This document shows, in pieces, positions 51,409 through 64,000 of a stretch of 64,000 bases of DNA. This DNA comes from Octopus sinensis. Taxonomy: Eukaryota. The position numbers were made by a program, and so were the translations under genes. The stretch spans positions 195,610,001 through 195,674,000 of the forward strand of contig NC_042998.1 in assembly GCF_006345805.1 (NCBI RefSeq), written 5' to 3'. Within the stretch, counting starts at the first letter, position 1; each line of letters starts with the position of its first letter. The notes below the pieces were generated by a model. The model did not search any database, was not told the origin of the DNA, and worked only from the letters and a program-made list of their open reading frames with translations.

Positions 51409-53679
51409 TAAAGAATTACTCGTGTAATCTATTTTAAATATTTTTCTGCCACTCTTTTTCTGCCCGCTTATCCACACTCGCTCACACACATTCGCGCGCG
51501 CGCGCTCACATACACGCACATTCTCGCCTTCTCTCTCTCTCTTTCTCTCTCCCTCTTCATGCACCATACATGTGTTTCTTTATTACCCACAAGGGGCTAA
51601 ACATAGAGGGGACAAACAAGGACAGACAAACGGATTAAGTTGATTACATCGATCCCAGTGCGAAACTGGTACTTATTTTATCGACCCCCTCCCCAAAGGA
51701 TGAAAGGCAAAGTCGACCTCGGTGGAATTTGAACTCAGAATGTAACAGCAGACGCAATACGGCTACGCATTTCGCCCGGCGTGCTAACGTTTCTGCCAGC
51801 TCGCCGCCTTCATGCACCATACATGTCTTACTGGAGTCGGTGGTCAATGACCTCGATACTACAGCCTGAAGATTCATGACTTTTCCTGCAGAGCTTTCTC
51901 GTTACCTTTTGCCAGTTTATTTACTGTTCATTTTGCTATTCTCCCGTTCTTTCGAGCTTACTCTTGAAGTACTGACTCCATTTAACCTTTGGGCTGTAGG
52001 ACTGGACGCGTCTACTCACTAGAGGACCGGCAAAACCAGAAATGGTCCAGTGGCTTTAACATTCTGGATTTTTTTCGAGTCCTGAATTCCTTAGTCACAT
52101 GACCATTTCTGCTATTTGATACAAGTTCTGGGGTCTTGAATAATCGTCCCCCTCTTATTAATTTTTTAGATATTTTCCACCACCCCCGCTTTTATTTCAA
52201 CCCCACCGCTTATTGATTCTTCAGATTTTCTGCACACACTCCCCCTTAAAATTCCACTTCTGCACACACTCTCCCTTTAAGGTTCCACACCCCAACACTT
52301 GTTTTATTCCAGCTCTCCCCGCTTATTAAATTTTGCTAATCTACTTCCGGTGGAGAATCTAATAATTATTTTATTTTACGTTAAAAACATTATATATATT
52401 TGACCCCCCCCCCCGAAAAAAAAAGAGCATTAGATAATAACATATGTTATAAATAAATAGGATGTTAACTAAATACTAATTTTTTATTTTTGTTTTTGTT
52501 TTAGAAAAAAAATCAAGGGTAACAGAAAATTTTAAATGATGATTTCTCATTTAGGTACAAGGCCAACAATTTATGGGGAGGCCTTAATTAAAGTGGATTA
52601 AAGCGGCTCAGTACATTAGAGGTGCTTTATTTTATCGACCCCGTAGGGATGAAAGGTAAAGCTAACTTCAGGGGGATTGGACTCAGAACTAAATCATGTT
52701 TTAGACCATAAATCTAAGCTGTAAGGAGCGTTGCTCGATCTGAGGCACAAGGCCAGCAATTTAAAGAGAAGGGGAAGTCGATTAAACTGATTCCTGTAAG
52801 TAGTACAAAACAACAAACTCTGGGGAATTCATTATTATTTTGACTGACACAAATTGTGAATCAGCATGAAAAAGAAAAAAAAGCAGACGACAGGAATGGG
52901 AAGAAAACCTGGATTGTTCTATTTGTTTTCATAACGCATGGAAGAAAAATATTTATCCACAGTATATGGTAGCCAACGTTCATGCGGGTGAGCCTTCAAC
53001 ATTTTAGGGCATTGGTAACCTTCACCCCTAAGAAGATCAATCATTTCGAGACACAACAGACCTGCTTAACCCTTTAGAATTTAAACAGGCCATATCCAGC
53101 TCAAATATGCTTCCTGTTTTATGCTCTCTAACTAGTCAGATCCAACCTATCACACCTACCCTTCAATGCCATTCTAGAAATATACAATCTCATCATCAGA
53201 ACTTTATAGCTACAAAATAAAGCATGATTATTATAAACAATGTCAATGAAAAAGCATAACATTTGACAAAATAATCTGAGTACGAAAGGGTTAAAGATAC
53301 ATAGAAATTGCTGTCAGAAAATATACTTTACAACAAACCAAAGTTTATAAAAACTTGAGGCTAGACAACTGCCCCACTCTGTTAGATATGCATGAGTCTA
53401 CTGCTACTCCACACTGCAGTCAACAAATCATCATTTTCAATTTCTCTACGATTTCTCTACTAATTACCAATACAAATTCCACGCAAATTAAGAACTTCAA
53501 TGACGAACTGTTTATTCTTACAGGACACGCTCTTTACGGAATAAGGATTTAACAATATCAACACGGCTCAAGTAATTTCTCTTTGAACTTTTTTTCATAA
53601 CTTCATGGCAGAGAAAAGAGTATTTCGTGGTGTGACGTATGGAAATTATTCTATAGAAGAAAAGTAAGCACTTGCTAAC

Positions 53680-54370
53680 GTGGGGAACAAATACAAAGAG
53701 GAGGATGATTCTGAATTAGAGCGAATGAAAGGGAAAACTCATTGGGATGCGAAAAGGAAACACCATGTCCCAGACACCCCGAAACAGGCATATCTCACCA
53801 AAGCAGTTCGTTTGTTTTACCCGAATTTGGATGGAGTCAAAAACTCTCATGGACTATTTGATTCTGCTGTTAAAGTAGTCAAGCCATGGAAAATATGTGA
53901 AAGGCGAACTTGACAGCACTGAAAAAAAATCCAAAGAAATGTTTCAGATTCGCTGGAGGAGGTCGTAAAACAAAAGCACGAAGCGTGAGAGACTCCTTGT
54001 TTGAATGGTTTGGGATGTTAGAACATCGTTGCATGCGAGATTACTTACCACAAGCTCTGTGTCTATTACAGGCTGAGAAATTTTATGAGGAGTGAATTTG
54101 CTAACACCCAGATACACCAACTGAGGAAAAGCTTTGTTTTTCAAAAAGCCAGATGAAAGGTTAGCAAAAAGAGTATGGGATATCACTGAAATTTCAAAAC
54201 AAACGCATTTCATTCTCCAAAGAGCATTCAGGATTATCATTCAAGAAATCACGATATGTTCGTCAAAGAAATTTACCATTTGTCTAGGGAACGTATCACA
54301 GGTTAACAATGATACCAAAATCAATCTTATCCCAGAGTTTGTATTTAAAGGAACTGGAAAAAAGGCCACC
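53680..54370 (+). pseudogene. pogo/Tigger-like transposase remnant
   Basis: RFAGGGRKTKARSVRDSLFEWF..LLQAEKFYEE (CENP-B-type HTH pattern) and INLIPEFVFKGTGK (DDE_1-like); frameshifted. Confidence 0.55.
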
Positions 54371-54395
54371 ACTACTGAATGCCCTGCCTACACAC

Positions 54396-54451
<56 letters not shown>

Positions 54452-55013
54452 AGATACACACTCAGACACGTACACACACAAACACATACACACACACAAA
54501 CACACATACACATAAGTGCAGGTGTGGGTGTGTGGTAAGAAGCTTGCTTCCTAACCACATGGTTCCGGGTTCAGTCCCACTACATGGCACTTTGGGCAAG
54601 TGTCTTTTATTATAGCCTTGGGGGCCGACGAAAGACTTGTGAGTGGATTTGGTAAACGGAAACTGAAAGAAGTCCGTCGTATATATATATATATATATTA
54701 TATATGTACATTTTTGTGTGTCTGTGTTTGTGCACCCCACCATCGCTTGACAACCGATGTTGGCATGTTCACGTCCCCGTAACTTAGCTGTTCAGCCAAA
54801 AAGTCCAATGGAATAAGTACTAGGCTTACAAAGAATAAGTCCTGGGATCGAATCGTTCGACTAAAGGCGGTGCTCCAGCATGCCACACAGTCAACTGACT
54901 GAAACAAGTAAAAGAATAAAAGAATGACACACAACACACACACCACATACCACACACACACCACACACACACACAACCACAACACACACACACCACACAA
55001 ACACATATATTAT

Positions 55014-55059
<46 letters not shown>

Positions 55060-55852
55060 GGCGGTGCCCCAGCATGGCCACAGCTCGTGAGCTGAAACTA
55101 GATAAGATAAGATTAACATATACATATACATACATACATACACACACACACATATATATTATATATATATATATATATGATATATATATATATATATATA
55201 TTGTATATGGTATATAGTATCGTATTTATCGTATCGGCTAAATGCTTGATTGCTGTAATCCAGCATGGCCGTAGGCTATGAGTGAAACAAGTAAAAGATA
55301 CAAGATATACAACACAAACGCGCACACGCATCTACTGCACATGTGTACCTCATTACTCGTTATACATAGACATCGCTCGTCTCTTCATCCCTTCTTCCCG
55401 TCTCCCTAATGTTCTTCCCTGTACTTTAGAGTAGGGTAAGGTGGGTTTAGAGTTATAACTATGTTATGAGGATTTTTTTTCAGAAGGGACGAATGTAACC
55501 TACTTTAGACTCATTCAGTTGGCCCCTGATAATTTACTACGTTCTGCTATTCTGGTTGGTTGGTACCAAAAGGTCAAATTTAGTTTACCGTACCATCTAT
55601 GAAATTAATAAGAGAGGAAAAGATCTTCCCTATTATGTGTTTTGCTACTTCCTCTCCTTTTCCTCCCCTTCTCTCTCTAATCTCTCTTACTCTTACTCTC
55701 TCTCTTTCTCTTTATCTTCTTCCCCTCTTTTACCTACTTTTTCGTTTCTTTCTCCTTTAGTCAATTTATTTCTATTTGTCTCAACATTCTTGGTTTAGCT
55801 GGAATGTGTAACATGACATTACTATGAAGTCTCAGCTTTATGTATATGTATG

Positions 55853-55893
<41 letters not shown>

Positions 55894-56705
55894 GAGCAAT
55901 ATATATATATAAATGTATATCTTTATTCTTTTACTTGTTTCAGTCATTTGACTGCAACCAAGCTGGAGCACCGCGTTGAAGGGTTTTGGTGAAATAAATC
56001 GAGGGATATAAACACACCAACACTGGTCATCAAGATACACACACACACATACTCACACACACACCTGTATATTTCCGTCAACCTAAATCTACTCACAAGG
56101 TTATGGCCGGCCCGAGGCTATAGTAGAAGACACTTTCCCAAGGTGCCACGCGGTGGGACTGAACCTGAAGCCATCTTGTTGGAAAGCAAGCTTCTTACCA
56201 CACAGCCACGCCTGCGTCTATATATTTAAGGTGGTGAGCTGGCAGAAGCGTTAGCACGCCGGGCGAAATGCTTAGCGGTATTTCGTCTGTCGTTACGTTC
56301 CGAGTTCAAATTCCGCCGAGGTCGACTTTGCCTTTCATCCTTTCGGGGTCGATTAAATAAAGTACCAGTTTCGCACTGGGTCGATGTAATCGACTTAATC
56401 CGTTTGTCTGTCCTTGTTTGTCCCTTCTATGTTTAGCCTCGTGGTTAGTAAAGAAATATATATATATATTTCTTTACACACACATACGCACACACACACA
56501 CACACAAGCATACACACACACACACAAACAAACACACACACACATACACACACACAAACATGTTGCTGCTTTTTCGTTCTATATATTTTCCTCTATTTCA
56601 TTATATGTTGCCATGCTGGGCTACCACTTATATTTTCTTCTTTCTTCCGTTTCGGGTGACCGATGTCTTATGAGGGAATGTTATAGACCGGAAATCTGTC
56701 GTGTG

Positions 56706-56775
<70 letters not shown>

Positions 56776-58384
56776 TGTAGAATTATAGATATGTGTATAT
56801 GCATGTTTGTATATATCTATGAAAATAATAATGGTAGAAAATTTAGACAGATTTTGTACCGGTGGCCAGCATGCGTAACAAAGTCAATAAACAAGATATT
56901 TTCATATAAAACTGTACGTATTTATACACAAAAGAGGTAAAATTTAATAGGATACCTTACATGCTAGAGAGGGCAGTTAAAGCTCAAACCACGAATCGGA
57001 GTAATTTCAAAGTGAATGAAAAATAAAAATATTTCTAATGTTACCTCTAGACTCGAGTTTCTTCATTAATGTGCAAATATATTAATTTACCATCCGTGCT
57101 TCTTCAGTAAAATGTTCGTAGTTTCGAAACCCTTTGGTACACAGTTTTAATTTTTTATTATTATTTGCTGCCGAATGTAACTGCGATTGCACGGTAGAGA
57201 TAAGAATTCTTATTTTCACACCATTATTTTATGACCAATGAAAGGGTTTGCTTCCTGATTTTGGACTTTCAATCTGTTCAGTAACAAAGCATTTTTTCTA
57301 CTTGAAAAATTGTTTCACTATCACTTTGTAGAAAATGAACAATTCTTCATTTATGTCTATATGTCTTCATTTATGGCGTAGGAGTGGCTGTGTGGTAAGT
57401 AGCTTGCTTACCAACCACATGGTTCCGGGTTCAGTCCCACTGCGTGGCACCTTGGGGCAAGTGTCTTCTACTATAGCCTCGGGCCGACCAAAGCCTTGTG
57501 AGTGGATTTGGTAGACGGAAACTGGAAGAAGCCCGTCGTATAGATGTATATATACATATGTGTGTGTTTGAGTGTCTGTGCTTCTCCCACCAGCATCGGT
57601 TGTCAAGCGATGTTGGTGTGTTTACGTCCCCGTAACTTAGCGGTTCAGCAAAAAGAGACCGATAGAATAAGTACTAGGCTTACAAAGAATAAGTCCCGGG
57701 GTCGATTTTTTCGACTAAAGGCGGTGCTCCAGCATGGCCGCAGTCAAATGACTGAAACAAGTAAAAGAGTAAAAAGAGAAAAGAGAGTATATTAAGTTGT
57801 GGATTCTTATCTTCATCGATTTATGTCTCACTGTGGCTAATGAAAATATTGCCCTAACTTTTTTTCACAGAGGTCAAGGCTCCAAGAGGAATAGCAATGT
57901 CTTCAAGAAAGTACTTAAGCGGATACCAGAAACGCTAACTCAAAGAAAAGCAATCTAAACGAAATTTCTAAATGTCAAAAACTATCAAACTGTTTTACAA
58001 TGTCAAGTAAGAGTTTGTCATCAGCTGCAACTGAAACAAACCGTGCAAGCAGCAGAGAGGTCAATGATAGAGCGCAAACAATGAGTGCTGTGTTTAGCAA
58101 TAATCAACCTACTGTTGACAACTTTTGGTGCAGAAAAGAGAGAGCAGAAAAAGGAAACAGGAAGCAAATTTAGTGATTTTAAAGAATACAGTGACTTGGC
58201 AAACTGGCAAACTGGCTCGTAACAATTGATAATGATTTCATACAAAACTGTTTAATGCAAGACACGAGTGGCTGTGTGGTAAGTAGCTTGCCTACCAACC
58301 ACACGGTTCCGGGTTCAGTCCCACTGCGTGGCACCTTAGCCATGTGAGTGGATTTGGTAGACGGAAACTGAAAGAAGCCTGTCG

Positions 58385-58415
<31 letters not shown>

Positions 58416-58844
58416 TTACATATTATATATATATATATATATATATATAGTATATATTAATATATAATATATATATATGTATATATATGTGTGTGTGTGT
58501 GTTTGTGTGTTTGTCTTTGTCCACCCAACATCGCTTGACAACCGATGCTGGTGTGTTTATGTCCCCGTCACTTAGCGGTTCGGCAAAAGAGGCCGATAGA
58601 ATAAGTACTGGGCTTACAAAAGAATAAGTCCTGGGGTCGATTTGCTCGACTAAAAGGCGGTGCTCCAGCATGGCCGCAGTCAAATGACTGAAACAAGTAA
58701 AAGAGTAAAGAGTAAAGAGTATAAAAAAAACAGATAATGTATATACTGAATCCAAAAAGATTTACAAACAGCAAAATCGAAGTTTCTCAAACAAGTACTT
58801 TGAAAAAAAGATTGAAAAATTGTCAGACTGTGATGAGATCCTTG

Positions 58845-59215
58845 AAGTGGGGAGGTCAGCTGAAAACAGTTTTGGCATAAACTTCGCAGACATACGTCTC
58901 ATACCCAAATCTTTAGTGATAATGGACTGACTGGACCGTAACTAATCTGTACATCCTCTGATAGCTCACGGATGGTGATCCGACGATTTGAACTCACAGC
59001 TGCCCGCATATCTGCGATGTTTTTCACAGTTTTGCTGCTTGCGACCATCTTAGAAACGTCTGAACCACTCGTACATTTGTGTGCGGCTCATACACCCCTC
59101 TCAATACACTTTGCGTAGGCCTCTGAGCAGGTATCACCATGACAACTTTCTCTGTCTTGGTCAATACGGTGCTCAAACGCAACACACCTTCCTTCCAAGC
59201 ATTGCTGTACACAGC
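58845..59215 (-). pseudogene. Mariner transposase N-terminal remnant
   Basis: Minus strand GDTCSEAYAK..TQMYEWFRRF*DGR..SSNRRITIRELSEDVQISYG..ITKDLGMRRMSAKFMPKL. Confidence 0.75.
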
Positions 59216-59929
59216 GGAAGTGAGCTACAACGTTAAAACTCAATGCGCCTGCACAGCAGAGTTTAATGTCTGTGCCAAGCGGCATTACTCTGCGTGCTTC
59301 AGCGTCGTTATTATGGCAACATTCCTGATAATTATTGATCAGACCTCGTGTATTAGAAAATATAAATTAACTGTAATGTGTATATTAAATTCACAAAGGT
59401 GTGGAGTTTAATTATTTTTCATTGATTTCTCCAATTTCCGACGAACATAGTGAAATATGGAAAAATGTTCAAAAACATTCGCTACGGAAACAATCGAAGG
59501 CGGAATTACATTTCTGGCACTGGTATCATAAAATGTCGTAGGTAATCAATGCATCGATTATTGTCACTGATATTGCATTTTTCATGAAATATATAGAAAA
59601 TTGTCACCAGTTCCTCTAAATTTCCGATACCGCACACACACACACACACAGACACACACACACACATATATATGAAAATATATGTGTGAATGTAGGTATA
59701 AATATATATACACACACATACATATATGCATGTATGTATACATATATATACATATATATATTATTCAAAGAAATTCCAACTCTGTTTTTTATGTTTTATT
59801 TACATTCTTTATAATATTAATGTAGAATATAGAATATATAGTATAAATAGTAATATGAAATGAAGTATTGATTATCTTATTGAATAGATGAAATATTGAA
59901 TATAAAATATTAAGGGACTAGTATACTTT

Positions 59930-60544
59930 CTCGCATTAAAGCAGTCTTCAAGGTCCCAGGTTGTGACAGGAGTGTTAGGGTTTTCTAATACAAAAAAAAT
60001 CTTTCACAAATCATCTCTTCGCATGATAATAAGTTGTTAAATACAAATCCACGTAATGAAAATAGTAACATTGATTTTGTTAACCCTAACCATTCTTTAA
60101 ATACTAATAGCAGCGGTGTTAGTGCTTCTGATGTTGATTCCAATCGCATTCGTTTCCTTAGCAATAATTCTAAGACTAGAAGCTCTATTTATCAATGTAA
60201 AATTACTTCTGGTTCTGACGTCTTTTTATATAGGTAGTTCTTCATCTCAGTTGTCCCAAAGAATATCTAATCATTACTCTACATTTAAACATATCAATAA
60301 ACATAACAATGCTGGGCTTAGTAAATTAATTTGGTATCTAGAGGATCATAATAAACAATTTGATTTGGAATGGAATATTCTATCTATATCTTTTCCGTAT
60401 GATAAAGGTAAATATTTTTGTCCGCTTTGTAACAATGAAATGTATTTCATCCTGTTCTCAGAGAATCCTCTTGTAAACACGTTTACAGAACGCGTTTATC
60501 GTTGCAAACATTGGCAAAAGCATAACTTTAGTTCCTGTAAGTGA
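59930..60544 (+). mobile_element. Penelope-like retroelement remnant, GIY-YIG endonuclease
   Basis: SQIISSHDNKLLN, then SSIYQCKIT..(frameshift)..YIGSSSSQLSQRISNHYSTFKH..LSKLIWYL..WNIL..YDKGKYFCPLCNNEMYFIL..CKH, the Penelope C-terminal pattern. Confidence 0.75.
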
Positions 60545-60994
60545 TTTCTACTATTCTATATAATTCGACCTTTGACTGATTCTTACATTTCACGTCCACT
60601 AAATATATCTACTTTCAAGCCTTTAAGCTTTATTCCTAGTCACCCATCGCTCTATATCTCTCCACTATTAGTTTTCTACTAATTTCTTTCTCCTCCTTCT
60701 CTATCTACAAACTACCTTTGACGTTATATCTGCTAACGGTTTAAAAAGAAAATCTTACTAGCGTTCCCTTCATCATATACGCAGTCATCACATTTTGTCA
60801 AAATGTGTTATTGATGTGCTTGGTTTCTTTCTTTCTCTGGTGAGAAGATTGCATTGTTTTACATCATTTTATTCCTTCTGGAATAATACCAATGTTTTCT
60901 TCGAAACATATGTCGGAAGTAAAAAGATTTGAATAACACCTGCGTTTAAATCAATCAATCAATCAATCTATCTATCTATCTATCTATCTATCTA

Positions 60995-61042
<48 letters not shown>

Positions 61043-61605
61043 ATAACAATTACACACGTGCTCTAACTACATACTTCTGTTAGAACAACGGTATTTCAAA
61101 TGCCACAGACAATATATCTGTCGACACTTTTTCGAAGAAAAGATAATTTCAATAAACTAATAATTCATCTTTTATGATATTTAACTATATATTTATTTGT
61201 CTTTGTTGTCCAAATTGTCACCACTGGCAACCCTGACTTAGTTATTGTAGCTTACATTGTTTTAATCATGCAAATTATTCTAGTCATAGATATTTTCTAT
61301 TGCTTTTATATCTCTAAGTTCTACGTCCGATGGAGTCAGGTTAGGACGAGCTGATGACGCATATTAAATAGAAACATAATACTTCGCTGCCCTCTTGTTT
61401 CCAGAAAAGAAAGACAAAACAGAATTTTGTTCATTTAGTGACGTCAGTTCTTCAGATCATCTCCCATTCTCTTTCGGAGCTGCTACTGGATTTTTGTTTA
61501 CTTTCTCTCGGAGCGAAGATGATTTCAATAAATCAATAATCTATCTTGTATGATATTTAATGTCTTTATTCGATTTTCACGTTATTTCTCTTAACTCATT
61601 TTTGC

Positions 61606-61670
<65 letters not shown>

Positions 61671-61807
61671 AAACACATATACTAATAGACATATATGTAT
61701 GTATGTATGAATGTATGTATGTATGTATGTATGTATGTATGTATGTATGTATGTATGTATGTATGTATGTATGCATGCATGCATTTATATATATATATTA
61801 TATATAT

Positions 61808-61863
<56 letters not shown>

Positions 61864-62487
61864 GTATATATATGTATATATATGTATATATATTATAAAT
61901 TTATATATATTATATATATATATATAATAACGACCTCGAACACACAAGTGCAAACAAGGGAGACAGAGAAAGGCAGAATGCCACTTATATTGAACACTAT
62001 ACAAATATTCCTTTAAAAAAACTTTTCTTTTAATTCTTCTAAATTTAATTATTTAATCGTTACAGTTGAAAAGGTCTCAAAATGACCGAAACCGGTACTG
62101 AAATGTTCTTTAAAAATTATTTTAGCATTTTCTATCTGACTTGTTTTTTCATATATATCAACTCGTGTGTTCCTTTTCACCATTATATATATATATAATA
62201 TATATATATATATATACATACATACAAACATATACACAGTGTTATGATGTACTCTACGCACGACAAATAGCCAATCAGATTAGCGCTCTCCATCGCTTAC
62301 TGCTTTACACTCCTAAAATCATATGTAAAATATATATTCTTATACGTTGTTGCACATACTACGGAGTTCTCCCCTTATACAGACATCCATCCACCAATAC
62401 TCATCAAACACACACACACACACACACATATGTTGACTGATGGATAGATCGATCGATAGATAGATAGATAGACAGATAGAAAGATAG

Positions 62488-62578
<91 letters not shown>

Positions 62579-63099
62579 TATATTACTTTGTTATGTATAA
62601 GGCAATATTACACAGTGCCAATGACTTTATTTTTATTATTAGGAAAAATAAAATAATAATTTGAAAGCAACCATAACCTAGTTTCCTTTCTCAGCTAGTG
62701 AATGTTAATGGCAGCTGTAGGTTTGCAGTAGTACCATATCCCCCATGGGATTTATTTTCTTTTTTCACTTAAAATCTTGACATACCGTACTTAACGGAAT
62801 CAGGTAGCGGAACCGACATGAAATCCATCTGCCTATCAGTTTGCCAAACCGAAAAATTGTTTGTTGTCATCTCAGTTTCTACTACCATGTTCATGTGTTC
62901 GTGTGTAGTTAGTGTACGCTATGATCGATTCAGCTTACATATATAGTAACTGGAGTGTAAAGAGATTTACTGTACATGGAATATTCCACTTAATGGTGAC
63001 GGCGGCATGTTTAACGGAATCGGTGTGGTATGTGAGAGTTAGTGAGACGAAGGAAAAACAGAGAAGGATAGTGTCTGTCTGTCTGTATGTATATATATG

Positions 63100-63133
<34 letters not shown>

Positions 63134-63170
63134 TGTATGTATGTAGTATGTATGTATGTATATATATATA

Positions 63171-63215
<45 letters not shown>

Positions 63216-63258
63216 GATAAATCTCAGAGCGAGTTATAAACAGTAGCAGCAACACATC

Positions 63259-63351
63259 GTGACGTATATTTGCCATTTGAATATGGCTAACCCCTAAACT
63301 ACAGTAGCATCCACCCTTAGGGGTTAGCCATATTCAAATGGCAAATATACG

Positions 63352-63355
<4 letters not shown>
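63259..63355. repeat. Perfect 39-bp inverted repeat with 19-nt spacer
   Basis: GTGACGTATATTTGCCATTTGAATATGGCTAACCCCTAA (63259-63297) and its exact reverse complement (63317-63355). Confidence 0.95.
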
Positions 63356-63397
<42 letters not shown>

Positions 63398-64000
63398 TAC
63401 ATACATGCATGCAAACATATACACAGTACTATGATGTACTCTATGCACGACAAATAACCAATCAGATTAGCGCTTTCTATCGTTTACGTGTGAATAAGAA
63501 AGGATATGTGAGTGCTTATGAGAGATTATGAGTGTGCTTGTGTATTATGTAGAAAGTAAGGAACGGGGTTGACATTGTATCCCCCTGTCTTTCGCTATCT
63601 CTTTTCCAGCATCTTACTATAAAAACCGTATTCACTATTTATTCTCTTCATTCTATTAATACTATTGGTTTCATCACCAAATACTGGATCTTTGGGTTAT
63701 GTTTGCATCGCATGTTTTGAAACAACTCTTTAATTCTCTAAAAAAACCTTCTCTTAACCCTAAGTATTTTAGGTGGGGGAAAAGTAGGTCTTTTTTTCTG
63801 TCAGAAAGTGAGTAAAATATTGCAAATAAGAGATGCCATCTTCCTGAACTAACTAGGAAACAATGAACTTGTGACGTCTGTACACAGTAAAAAAGATAGA
63901 GACGATTCAAGAAAACCACTGTTCACACTAAGTGATAGAATATATATATATATATGCACATTGGGACTCTTGAATGAATTTTAATTTTCAAACAACGCCA

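Noticed and set aside
57880-58240. Possible hAT transposase N-terminus (MSSRKYLSGYQKR*)
   Set aside because: Resemblance is limited to a short basic stretch with stops; no catalytic motifs or TIRs seen.

Overview
AT-rich, repeat-dominated animal genomic DNA. The SINE families and the density of (TA)n, (ATGT)n and (AAT)n microsatellites match what I recall of Octopus genomes; this species call is an inference, not a database result. Only one intact cellular gene is supportable: an intronless 642-aa ORF (35338-37266, +) encoding a secreted protein with a signal peptide, an acidic N-terminal region, six CCP/sushi domains and a C-terminal SRCR domain. Most of the rest is mobile DNA: three abundant SINE families (here called A, B, C), decayed L1/Tx1, CR1 and Penelope-like retroelements, a full-length but broken mariner with perfect 27-bp TIRs, mariner and pogo remnants, hAT and Tc2-like MITEs, Helitron-like non-autonomous elements, several fold-back palindromes, and a 100-N assembly gap at 50320-50419. 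The most system-like region is 26.7-32.1 kb, a same-strand pile of Dong/R4-type RLE LINE fragments plus a 555-bp non-coding element ('X'), separated almost everywhere by (TAA)n, as expected for microsatellite-targeted retrotransposition. Other notable items: a mariner carrying a 123-bp copy of its own flank, a 64-bp minisatellite born at a hAT MITE end, a Helitron-like element plus SINE dimer sharing one 15-bp TSD, and a tRNA-headed repeat carrying a hammerhead-ribozyme core. Nearly all other ORFs in the supplied track are microsatellite artefacts.
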